A DNA stretch of 64,000 nucleotides from contig JACZJK010000035.1 in the NCBI GenBank assembly GCA_014860575.1, forward strand, positions 67,175 through 131,174, read 5' to 3'. Numbering within the stretch: position 1 is the stretch's first letter; every line of letters starts with the position of its first letter. Below, one piece after another: positions 17,318 to 26,547 of this stretch. Position numbers and translations under genes: made by a program. The notes beneath the pieces were generated by a model, which saw only the letters and a program-made list of their open reading frames with translations, was not told where the DNA came from and made no database searches. This stretch comes from Bacteroidales bacterium. Lineage in GTDB: Bacteria > Bacteroidota > Bacteroidia > Bacteroidales > JAAYJT01.

Positions 17318-18703
17318 ATGAAGAAGATATTTACTTTGTTTTTAATCGCATTATCAGTGTCTGCCTGCAACCAACCAAATCAAGTAGTGTTTAAATCGCA
17401 TGGGAAAATAGATTACCCATTATCACAGGCTGATGAACTCATGCTCGATTCTATACAGAAGAAAACATTTCTCTTCTTTGTGAATGAACAGCATCCTGAA
17501 TGGGGTATTGTGAAAGACCGCTCTGCTGACTGGGCGCCATCAAGCATAGCTTCCACAGGATTTGGTATTCCATGTTTCGCAATTGGAGTAGAAAGAAATT
17601 GGATTGCACGGGAAGAAGCAGCGCAAATAGTGCTCTACATGCTAAATTTCTTTTACAATTCTGAGCAGAGCACTGACGCGCTGGCAACAGGCTACAAAGG
17701 ATTTTATTATCACTTCCTAACGATGGACACCGGAGAACGTGAGTGGGATTGCGAACTTTCCTCGATTGATACCGGCTTGCTGATGATGGGGATCATATTT
17801 GCGCGTAATTATTTCAATGCAGACAATAAAACTGAAAAGCAAATTCGCTCACTTGCCAGTAAACTAATTGACCGACTGGAATGGAATTTCCTGGACATGC
17901 CAGCCGAAAGCCAGCATCCCCATACGATTTCAATGGGCTGGGATCCCGAAGAAGGTTTGCATAGCTGGGGTTGGACGGGGTATAATGAAGCGCTGTTCCT
18001 ATATGTGCTGGCCGCCGGTACCGGAATGGAAAATGTTGAAAGAAGCTATAATTCATGGTTATCAACATACAAATGGAATACTCCTTATGAAGGCCTTTCG
18101 CATGTTGCTTTCCCTCCATTGTTCGGTCATCAGTTTTCGCAGGCATTTATTGATTACCGCGGCCTTGTTGATTCATACATGAAAGAAAAAGGCATTGACT
18201 ATTTCGAAAATTCGCGCCGTGCAACCTATGTTCAGCAACAATACGCCATTGAAAACCCACATGGCTGGGTCGGTTATGATTCGCTTTGCTGGGGTGTAAC
18301 TGCAAGTGATGGACCCACAGAGATTCATAATTTCGATGACAAAGAATTTTTAGGGTATGCAGGCAGGGGAGCTGCCGGACCTGAGTACAATTATTTTGAT
18401 GATGGAACCATCGCTCCTTATGCATCGCTTTCATCCTTGCCGTTTGCACCCGAAATTGTTCTTCCAACCATTCATTCCATGATTGAGAAGCACGGCGACA
18501 GCATCTGGGGCAAATACGGATTCTACGATGCTTTCAATCCAACAGCCAAATGGGTGAATGATGATTTTATCGGCATCGCCCAGGGTCCTATGCTTATCAT
18601 GATTGAAAATTTCAGAACCGGCCTGGTCTGGGATTATGTGATGAAAGATCCTGTTATCCAGGATGGATTGAATAAGCTGGGCTATGAATACATGGGCAAG
18701 TAA
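17318..18703 (+). CDS. Lipoprotein, GH144-like catalytic domain only (paralog of 15213-17198)
   Basis: Lipobox VSAC followed by the non-acidic NQPNQ. Motifs are colinear with the upstream paralog: SIASTGFGIPCFAIGVERNW, WGKYGFYDAFNP and IAQGPMLIMIENFRTGLVW. Confidence 0.7.
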   Translation: MKKIFTLFLIALSVSACNQPNQVVFKSHGKIDYPLSQADELMLDSIQKKTFLFFVNEQHPEWGIVKDRSADWAPSSIASTGFGIPCFAIGVERNWIAREEAAQIVLYMLNFFYNSEQSTDALATGYKGFYYHFLTMDTGEREWDCELSSIDTGLLMMGIIFARNYFNADNKTEKQIRSLASKLIDRLEWNFLDMPAESQHPHTISMGWDPEEGLHSWGWTGYNEALFLYVLAAGTGMENVERSYNSWLSTYKWNTPYEGLSHVAFPPLFGHQFSQAFIDYRGLVDSYMKEKGIDYFENSRRATYVQQQYAIENPHGWVGYDSLCWGVTASDGPTEIHNFDDKEFLGYAGRGAAGPEYNYFDDGTIAPYASLSSLPFAPEIVLPTIHSMIEKHGDSIWGKYGFYDAFNPTAKWVNDDFIGIAQGPMLIMIENFRTGLVWDYVMKDPVIQDGLNKLGYEYMGK

Positions 18704-18735
18704 ATTTTTAAAACGATGTCCCATGAGAATATACT

Positions 18736-18797
18736 GCGAAGGCGCAAAGACGCGGGGAAATTTAAAGTCTTTGCGCCTTCGCGCCTTAGCGGTTTAA
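18736..18797. repeat. Palindromic GC-rich intergenic element, copy 1
   Basis: Perfect 16-bp stem: GCGAAGGCGCAAAGAC (18736-18751) pairs with GTCTTTGCGCCTTCGC (18767-18782), with a 15-nt loop. The 24-nt core CGCCTTCGCGCCTTAGCGGTTTAA (18774-18797) is identical to 26598-26621. Confidence 0.85.
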
Positions 18798-18806
18798 AAC
18801 ATTAGA

Positions 18807-21800
18807 ATGATGAAGAAATTTGCACTCTCTACATTATTGTTTTTAATGACAACGGTCGGTTTGGCTCAGATCCAAACGCTTGATCAGTTTGAAAACAAAT
18901 CCGGCTGGGATTTTATACAGTCCGATGGAGTTGATCTCAACCTCTCAGTAGACAAAGGATTAAGCGATAATGCACTCCGCTTTGATTATGATTTCACAAA
19001 AGGAACCGGCTACGGGGGCATCCAGAAATTGTTTCCGATTGACCTGCCCGAAAACTATGAGTTTACCTTTTATTTGAAAGCCGAATCGCCGGCAAACAAT
19101 TTTGAGGTTAAATTTATTGATAGCAGCGGCGACAATGTCTGGTGGGTGAATAACCGCAATTATGATTTCCCGGAAGAATGGAAAAAAATCACAATTAAAA
19201 AAAGGCATATCGGATTTGCCTGGGGTCCCACCGATGACCGTGACTTAAAACGCATTGACCGGATTGAGTTTACAATTGCCTCTTTCGTTGGCGGCAAAGG
19301 CACAATCTGGATTGATGATCTCAAATTTAAGCCGCTTCCGCCCGAAACAGCTACTTATCCTGATCCCATTGTAACTGCCTCTTCATCGCATCGTAATCAC
19401 CAACCCGCGCTTATCCTCGACGATTCAAAGGAATCTTCATGGCTGAGCCGTAAGCGTAAAAATCAGTTTGTGCATTTTGATTTTCGAACCCAGAGGGAAT
19501 TTGGTGGCCTACAGATTACGTGGGAAAAGGATCTTCGCGCCAAAAGCTTTGAAATACTTGTTTTCGATGACAATCAATCCTGGGAGAAAGTTTACTCAGT
19601 CAGATCAAATCATGGAGATGTAAGCTTCATAAGAATGCCTGAAACCGAAGCCAGATATTTAAAGATTAATCTTTTAGATGGGGCTACAAAGAACAGGTTC
19701 GGGATTGCTGAAGTCAATTTTCTAGACATAAAAAGCGCTATGTCAGCCAATGATTTTCTCAGATACACTGCTCAGAATTCTACCGCAGGTGATTATCCGC
19801 GCTATTTTCTTGAGCAGGCTTCGTACTGGACTGTAACAGGCGTTAACAACGATATGAAAGAAGCCATGATCAATGAAGATGGAATGGTTGAGGTGGATAA
19901 AGCCCTGTTTTCAATTGAACCAATGATAATATCCGGTGGCAAACTCTATAACTGGAACAATGTACAATCAAACCAATCTTTGAATTATTTTGAAGATGAT
20001 GGCGGGCTTGGTTTCACACCATCAGTAAGCTGGCTTTACGATGATATAAATTTTGTGACAGGGATTTCTGCCAGCGGAGAAGCCAATGTTGATTCCCGCC
20101 TGAATATTGCTTACTCATTCACCAACACTTCAGGCCAAACGAAGGATTTCGAGTTTTATTTGCTGGTACGGCCATTCCAGGTGAATCCTTATTACCAGTT
20201 TTTGAACCTCGAGGGCGGCGCTGGTAAAATTCATTCGATCCGTGGACCGGAAAAAGGTAGGGCAATTACCGTTGATAAGAAGAAACTGTTCTCTACCATA
20301 GATTATGATCATTTCGGGGCATTTGCTTTTGATGCTGGCAACGTAGTTGATTTTATCCGGAATGGCGAAATTCCTTACAGGACTTCTGCCACTGATCCGC
20401 AAGGGCTGGCAGGTGGAGTGATGAAATATATTATGAGACTGAATCCCGGCGAGCGCAAGGAATTCTTTGTAGTAGTCCCGTTTTATGATCCTGTTCCTGA
20501 GAACCACGAAATAAGCAACGAAATAATTGCAGAATATTTCAGACAATCTACCGGGTTCTGGAGAAATCGGGTGGACCACATTAAATTCAACCTGCCCGAA
20601 TCGGCTGACAGGATTGTAAATGCCTATAAATCGAACCTTGCCTATATATTGATCAACCGCGATAAAGCCGGGATCCAACCCGGTTCGCGTTCGTACGAGA
20701 GAAGCTGGATACGTGATGGATCGCTTACTTCATCGGCGCTGTTAAAATCAGGAATTGTTGAAGAGGTGAAAGACTTCATCAACTGGTATGCCGATCACCA
20801 GTACGAAAGTGGCAAAGTTCCCTGTGTTGTGGATTTTCGCGGGCCCGATCCGGTTCCCGAGCACGATAGCCACGGCCAACTGATTTATCTGATCCGTGAA
20901 TATTTCAACTTCACAAAGGACACAGCCTTTCTGCGATCAAAAAATGAAAACGTTTTAATGGCAGTAGAGTACATTGAATCGTTAATTGCCGAAAGATCAA
21001 CCGACCATTTCAAATTCGGCAACGACAGCATCCGGGCTTATTACGGCCTGGTTCCGGAATCCATCAGTCATGAAGGCTATTCCGAAAAACCCATGCACTC
21101 CTATTGGGATAATTTTTTTATCATGAAAGGTTTAAAAGATGCGGTTGAAATCCAGAAGATTCTTGGCGAGCAAGAGCATTACGAAAGCATTGCAAAAACA
21201 CGCGACACTTTCAGGGAAAACCTGTACAATTCCTTTAAATTGGCGATGAAAACCAGGAACATTGATTACCTCCCCGGTTGTGTTGAGCTTGGCGATTTTG
21301 ATGCCACATCAACAACCATCGCCTTAACACCATGCAACGAACTGAATAATCTTCCCCGGCCGGAGGTTTATAATACCTTCGAAAGGTATTACAAGTATTT
21401 CAGGACCCGACGAGACGGTGAAATTGAATGGATCAATTACACCCCTTACGAGACGCGCCTGATAGGTTCTTACATCATTTTGGATCAACCGGAAAGGGCG
21501 CATGCATTAATTGATTTTTTCCTCGACGATCAGCGGCCTCAGGGTTGGCATCATTGGGCCGAAGTTGTTTGGAAAGATTACCGCATTCCGCGATTTATAG
21601 GCGATATGCCACATACCTGGGTCGGCAGCGACTTCATCAATGCCATCCGCTCAATGTTTGTTTATGAAAATGAGTACGATGAATCGCTTGTACTCGCGTC
21701 GGCGCTTTACCAGGATTGGATTGATTCACCTGAAGGAATTTCGGTTGAGAACCTTCCGACCTATTATGGTGAAATCTCATTTTCAATTAAGAAGGAAAAG

Positions 21801-21983
21801 TCGCGCTACCACTTCTCAATTTATGGTGATGCGAACCTTCCCGCCAATGGAATTAAAATCAGGAATTTCAACAGTTTGTTAATGCCTGAAAAAATCACCA
21901 TCAATGGTATTGAGACCCATGATTTTAATGAAAGGGAGATTTCGGTAAGGGAATTTCCTGCAGAAGTAATTGTTTATTATTAA
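18807..21983 (+). CDS. Secreted multidomain protein: CBM-like jelly roll + F5/8 type C (discoidin)-like domain + GH15-like (alpha/alpha)6 region, candidate uncharacterised glycosidase
   Basis: Signal peptide (..TTVGLAQ). The N-terminal ~160 aa are a sandwich-like domain ending WIDDLKFKP. The discoidin-like segment reads PALILDDSKESSWLS ... RYLKINLLDG..FGIAEVNFLD. The C-terminal half has SYERSWIRDGS, which resembles the YxxxWxRD motif of GH15. Confidence 0.55.
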   Translation: MMKKFALSTLLFLMTTVGLAQIQTLDQFENKSGWDFIQSDGVDLNLSVDKGLSDNALRFDYDFTKGTGYGGIQKLFPIDLPENYEFTFYLKAESPANNFEVKFIDSSGDNVWWVNNRNYDFPEEWKKITIKKRHIGFAWGPTDDRDLKRIDRIEFTIASFVGGKGTIWIDDLKFKPLPPETATYPDPIVTASSSHRNHQPALILDDSKESSWLSRKRKNQFVHFDFRTQREFGGLQITWEKDLRAKSFEILVFDDNQSWEKVYSVRSNHGDVSFIRMPETEARYLKINLLDGATKNRFGIAEVNFLDIKSAMSANDFLRYTAQNSTAGDYPRYFLEQASYWTVTGVNNDMKEAMINEDGMVEVDKALFSIEPMIISGGKLYNWNNVQSNQSLNYFEDDGGLGFTPSVSWLYDDINFVTGISASGEANVDSRLNIAYSFTNTSGQTKDFEFYLLVRPFQVNPYYQFLNLEGGAGKIHSIRGPEKGRAITVDKKKLFSTIDYDHFGAFAFDAGNVVDFIRNGEIPYRTSATDPQGLAGGVMKYIMRLNPGERKEFFVVVPFYDPVPENHEISNEIIAEYFRQSTGFWRNRVDHIKFNLPESADRIVNAYKSNLAYILINRDKAGIQPGSRSYERSWIRDGSLTSSALLKSGIVEEVKDFINWYADHQYESGKVPCVVDFRGPDPVPEHDSHGQLIYLIREYFNFTKDTAFLRSKNENVLMAVEYIESLIAERSTDHFKFGNDSIRAYYGLVPESISHEGYSEKPMHSYWDNFFIMKGLKDAVEIQKILGEQEHYESIAKTRDTFRENLYNSFKLAMKTRNIDYLPGCVELGDFDATSTTIALTPCNELNNLPRPEVYNTFERYYKYFRTRRDGEIEWINYTPYETRLIGSYIILDQPERAHALIDFFLDDQRPQGWHHWAEVVWKDYRIPRFIGDMPHTWVGSDFINAIRSMFVYENEYDESLVLASALYQDWIDSPEGISVENLPTYYGEISFSIKKEKSRYHFSIYGDANLPANGIKIRNFNSLLMPEKITINGIETHDFNEREISVREFPAEVIVYY

Positions 21984-22006
21984 CGTTTCCGCCAGCATTT
22001 TTTACT

Positions 22007-24100
22007 ATGAACGAACAGAAAGAAGGCAGAGTAAAGCATGTTTTAGCAGAAGATAGAATCCCTTTCCCACAACTGGCAGCTTATGGTGCAGGCGGAATCA
22101 TTCCCATTGCCCTCTTTAACATAGCCGGGATACTCGTTGGTTTGATGGGCAATATTAGTTTGGGGCTCAGCGCTTTCTGGCTGGGAGTTATTTTAATCAT
22201 ACCCCGTTTGTGGGATGCAGTTTCCGATCCCATTATCGGCCATATGTCAGACAATACCCGTACTCGCTGGGGACGTCGTCGACCATATTTGCTGATAGGC
22301 GGAATCCTGGTAGCATTCTTTTTTGTTGTAATCTGGTGGATTCCCAAAGGTGATATGGTGAGGGTTTGGTTCCCGTCAGAGGCGGGCTTCCAGGCTTTCC
22401 AACTTGTTTACATCTTGGTCGCGCTCCTGCTGTTTTATACTGCCTGCACCATTTTTGAGATCCCACACGGCGCACTTGGTATGGAGATGACCACCGACCA
22501 ACATGAGCGCACCCGGCTTTTCAGTGCCAAAAGCTTTGTCGGTAATCTTTTTGCAATGAGTACACCCTGGCTCTTTGCCCTGGCAAGCCTGGAAATTTTT
22601 AGAGGACCCGGAGGCAATGAGGCTGATGGCATGCGCTATGTTTCCATACTTATCGCAGCCATCCTGATCCCACTCTCGTTCTGGTGGTTCTTTACATTGC
22701 GTGAACCAGGATTCAAACGTGTGAAGAAACAGGCGAAGACGCCTTTCTGGAAAGATGTAAAACACACCGCCAGCAACAGGAATTTTATCATGCTGACGTT
22801 AACGATCTTTACCTTGGCCATGGGATTTAATTTCGTGAACCTGCTGGGGTCGTACATTCCTATTTTTTACATTTTCGGAGGAGATAAAGTTGCAGGGGCA
22901 TATTTGCTTGGAATAAATGGCACTATCTGGGCCATCACAGGGGTGCTGGCTGTATTCCCCCTTAACTGGATCAGTCCGAAACTGGGTAAACGAAAAACCC
23001 TCTCAATTGCAATTTTACTCATGTGCCTCGCGCAACTCTCCAAAATCTTCGCCTATAACCCTCAATATCCTTACCTGATTATTATTCCCACAGTTTTACT
23101 TTCAGCCGGGATGCTGTTTTTCTTTACCCTGGGTTCTTCAATGGTGGGCGATATTTGCGACGAAGATGACCTGAAAACGGGTACACGCACCGAAGGCAGT
23201 TATTATTCTATTTTCTGGTGGTTTATTAAAATGGGAACCGCTTTGGCCAGCTTTGTTGCCGGAGCGCTAATCGTATTTACAATGTTCGACGAAACCCAGG
23301 TTACCAGGGTTGACAGCCTGCAGGGGAGCATCAGGGAAATGCAGGTCAAGGTGCAGGATTGGGGAAGCGCTCAATCACTCATGGGAACCAATACTGAGCT
23401 GATTGAAAAAGCAAAAATACAGACTGCGGAAGCGTTGGCAGAATCACAAACATATGCAATTTATCTTGAGAAGGAATTGCTGAGACAGCCTGAAATGTCG
23501 GGTAAAAAAATAGCTACCTACGAAAGCCAGAAAAAAGACATGTTGGCAAACATCCTTACAGCCACCAACTCCAACATGAATGAGTTGGAACAATTACAGT
23601 CGCGTTTACAAAACATAACATTACCGGCTGATGAAGTTCTTGCCAAATCAATTACAGAAGAGGCAATCACCCTTACATTGCAAACCAGGCTTAACAAAGC
23701 AAGAATGAATTCATTTGAGCTAATGCTGCACCTTGAAGCCAGGGCAATGAAAACAAAAAAGAGCGAAGAACACTATCAGGAACTGATGGAAAACATGCTG
23801 GGCGTAAATAACCGGCTTGCCAATCTGAACACTGCATTGCCACTCGAAAAGCTTGATCAGGAGCTAAGCGTTGTTGAAGACGAAATTGTAGAACTCACAC
23901 AGCAATCGCCATATACCTTGTTTATGATGCGCGCGGTAGAAATAGGGCTGCCATTGCTGTTGAGTATCTTTTCTGTTTTCTTTTTACTGCGTTACTCGCT
24001 AACTGAAAAACGATCCAGCGAAATTAAGGCACTTCTCAAGCAAAGAAACAAGGAAAGACGGGATGAGGAGGACAATGCCAATGGAACAATTATGGCTTAA
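22007..24100 (+). CDS. GPH-family (MFS_2) glycoside:cation symporter with a ~208-aa coiled-coil-like insertion before the last TM helix
   Basis: GPH signature WDAVSDPIIGHMSDNTRTRWGRRRPYLLIG. Repeated hydrophobic helices run up to aa ~426. A hydrophilic heptad-rich segment is encoded by 23285-23908. One final helix follows (TLFMMRAVEIGLPLLLSIFSVFFLL), then a charged tail. Confidence 0.8.
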   Translation: MNEQKEGRVKHVLAEDRIPFPQLAAYGAGGIIPIALFNIAGILVGLMGNISLGLSAFWLGVILIIPRLWDAVSDPIIGHMSDNTRTRWGRRRPYLLIGGILVAFFFVVIWWIPKGDMVRVWFPSEAGFQAFQLVYILVALLLFYTACTIFEIPHGALGMEMTTDQHERTRLFSAKSFVGNLFAMSTPWLFALASLEIFRGPGGNEADGMRYVSILIAAILIPLSFWWFFTLREPGFKRVKKQAKTPFWKDVKHTASNRNFIMLTLTIFTLAMGFNFVNLLGSYIPIFYIFGGDKVAGAYLLGINGTIWAITGVLAVFPLNWISPKLGKRKTLSIAILLMCLAQLSKIFAYNPQYPYLIIIPTVLLSAGMLFFFTLGSSMVGDICDEDDLKTGTRTEGSYYSIFWWFIKMGTALASFVAGALIVFTMFDETQVTRVDSLQGSIREMQVKVQDWGSAQSLMGTNTELIEKAKIQTAEALAESQTYAIYLEKELLRQPEMSGKKIATYESQKKDMLANILTATNSNMNELEQLQSRLQNITLPADEVLAKSITEEAITLTLQTRLNKARMNSFELMLHLEARAMKTKKSEEHYQELMENMLGVNNRLANLNTALPLEKLDQELSVVEDEIVELTQQSPYTLFMMRAVEIGLPLLLSIFSVFFLLRYSLTEKRSSEIKALLKQRNKERRDEEDNANGTIMA

Positions 24101-24117
24101 ATTGAAAATCTTTGAAA

Positions 24118-26547
24118 ATGAATTTTAGTATTAAGGAAAATAACTTTTACCTGGATAATAAAAAGGTCTTTCTCAATTCAGGTGAGATCCATTATTTCAG
24201 GGTTAAGCGTGAGTTATGGAACACTCACCTTGAAGCAGCAAAAGAAGCCGGGCTCGCAGCGGTAAGTTCTTACGTGCCCTGGGCCTGGCATGAGCCTGAT
24301 GAGGGCGTATTTGATTTTGATGGAACCACATTGCCTGAACGCGATCTCAAAGGCTGGCTGAAATTATGCAAGGATTTTGGTCTGACCTGCATTTTGAAAC
24401 CCGGCCCTTATATACTTGCCGAATTCCGCGGCGCCGGTCTTCCATATTGGTTCCTGAACAAATATGGAGAAGCGTTGAGAATGCATAACAGCAGGGGAGA
24501 AGCAGTTCCGAGCGATGGTGTAAGCCTGTTCCACCCTGGATATATCGAAAGTGTTACCCATTGGTATAATCATATTATGCCTTTTATTCGGGAGCATGAA
24601 ATCTCAAATGGCGGGCCGGTGATCATGATGCAGATTTGCAATGAAATTGGTTTGTTCTCATGGCTCGCACATCAGGCTGATTACAGTGAGGATATCAGGC
24701 AGCGGTTTATAAAATACCTTGAAAGCAGGTTTGCCAACATTGAAAAAGTGAATTCATTGTGGGGAACCAATTTCAATGATTTTGAGCATATTGCTTTACC
24801 ACCCGATGGCAAACTTCCGTACGAATCAAAAGGAGATCGCAGCCGTGATTACGAATGGCATTCCTTCTGGCGCATGTATTACGCTGAATACCTCAAAATG
24901 CTTGCGCAGATGGCCAGGGTACATGGCGTTACGGTTCCTTTTTATCACAACCTGCCGGGCTGGATTTACGGGCATGGATATGAGTTTCCGGTGAATATTA
25001 CAATGTATGAGGAATTGTACAGGGAAAAGAGCGATATCATTTTCGGGGTTGATCATATTCCTGAGTTCATGTCGCACTGCAACATGCACGACGACCGGAT
25101 TATTAATGATATAACCATTGCAATGCAGGGAAACAAACCATTGTTTGCTGCGGAATTTCAGAGCGGTTCACGCGAATACCATGTGGTTACGAACCCACGT
25201 GAAATGGAACTTTTTTACAAAGCCAGCATTGCCAATGGACTGACCGGCTGGAATTACTACATGTTCTCACAGGGGCGCAACCCGGAGAAAATGGGCTACT
25301 CAGGCGATACATTTTATTGGTTCACACCATTGACTGCCGAAGGGGAGCGTACAAGCGCGTTTTCATTGGTTCAGCGAATGAGCAAACTCATCAAAACAAA
25401 TGAAAGCCTCATTCTCGAAGCAAAACGTCAATCCGAAATATGTGTGTTGTTCTACCCTCCCTATTATGCTACAGAACTGGAAAGGCCTGAAGAAGGAGCA
25501 TCCGGACTAAAGTTTTCTTATTCTGCCATTCGCAGGCCTGCATATTTTGATGGTTTGCTGAAAGCACTGCAGGTTCTGAATGTAGATTATGACATGCTTG
25601 ACCTGACGAAAACTACTGCTGCTGAGTTAAATAAATACAAACAGGTTTGGGCATTTTGCACCGATGAAATGAATTCAGGGGATCAGCAAACCATGATTAA
25701 CTATGTTGCCGCAGGTGGAAATTTGGTAATCTTCCCGAACCTGCCCAACCGGGAAATGTCACAAAAACCCTGCGCAATTATCCGGGATGCATTGTCAGTT
25801 AAACCCTTAGGAGTCGAAACCATTGATTCGCCTCTTATTGATGTTTTTAGTTTAAGCGATATCAAATGTGCGAACCCGCAAATCGTTTATCCCGAAGAAA
25901 CATTTACGTCTGATGAAGTAATTGCCCGAACACTGAAGGGCAGTGTTTGCGGTTTTTCAAAATCGCATAAAAAAGGCAGGATAATTCATCTGGGAACATG
26001 GATTGGGTTCGACACCGAAGGACACAAACCGATTTACGAAGCTTTACTGGAAACATCGGGAGCAAGACTTCGGAAAGCATCGTCAGACAACGATTTCATA
26101 ACGGTAAGGCAACGATTTACCGATGAAAATTCCGCGATGCTGTTTGTCGGAAATTATTATAATGAAGAGCAAACCGGAACAGTAACCTATACGCATCCAG
26201 GCAGCCATGAAACTATAACGATACCGTTTTCAGGCAAAGCAACTTTGTGGCCGGCTTTATATGCTGTTCTGACCCCAATATGCATGCAAATGGGAGAAGG
26301 ACTGACGATACTTCACAGCACATCCGGTATCCTGGCGATTGAAACAAAGGAATCTATAACTGAAATCACAGTTTTCGGAGATCGCGACCTGGCAGGGGAA
26401 ATCGTTTTTGAAGGCGAGAATTTGGCTCAGATCAATTCGATTACCATTGACGATGAACCGGTTAAAATGCTAAGCAGTGGGAAGCGGATTGTAGTTAATT
26501 ATCCGCACAAGCACAGAGAAGAATTTGTCATCCGTCTTAATTTTTAA
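24118..26547 (+). CDS. Cytoplasmic GH35-like clan GH-A enzyme (beta-galactosidase fold; true specificity uncertain)
   Basis: No signal peptide. Motifs are GEIHYFRV..ELW, SSYVPWAWHEPDEGVFDFDG, ILKPGPYILAEFRGAGLPYWF and GGPVIMMQICNEIG (NE acid/base position). The track start is TTG 24112; I prefer ATG 24118. Confidence 0.7.
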   Translation: MNFSIKENNFYLDNKKVFLNSGEIHYFRVKRELWNTHLEAAKEAGLAAVSSYVPWAWHEPDEGVFDFDGTTLPERDLKGWLKLCKDFGLTCILKPGPYILAEFRGAGLPYWFLNKYGEALRMHNSRGEAVPSDGVSLFHPGYIESVTHWYNHIMPFIREHEISNGGPVIMMQICNEIGLFSWLAHQADYSEDIRQRFIKYLESRFANIEKVNSLWGTNFNDFEHIALPPDGKLPYESKGDRSRDYEWHSFWRMYYAEYLKMLAQMARVHGVTVPFYHNLPGWIYGHGYEFPVNITMYEELYREKSDIIFGVDHIPEFMSHCNMHDDRIINDITIAMQGNKPLFAAEFQSGSREYHVVTNPREMELFYKASIANGLTGWNYYMFSQGRNPEKMGYSGDTFYWFTPLTAEGERTSAFSLVQRMSKLIKTNESLILEAKRQSEICVLFYPPYYATELERPEEGASGLKFSYSAIRRPAYFDGLLKALQVLNVDYDMLDLTKTTAAELNKYKQVWAFCTDEMNSGDQQTMINYVAAGGNLVIFPNLPNREMSQKPCAIIRDALSVKPLGVETIDSPLIDVFSLSDIKCANPQIVYPEETFTSDEVIARTLKGSVCGFSKSHKKGRIIHLGTWIGFDTEGHKPIYEALLETSGARLRKASSDNDFITVRQRFTDENSAMLFVGNYYNEEQTGTVTYTHPGSHETITIPFSGKATLWPALYAVLTPICMQMGEGLTILHSTSGILAIETKESITEITVFGDRDLAGEIVFEGENLAQINSITIDDEPVKMLSSGKRIVVNYPHKHREEFVIRLNF

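Noticed and set aside
24112-24117. TTG start codons proposed by the ORF track for the GH35-like gene (24112), the regulator (4767) and psd (54485)
   Set aside because: In each case an in-frame ATG follows within 2-12 codons. For the regulator, a -7 promoter box overlaps the TTG. The ATG starts are preferred but unverified.
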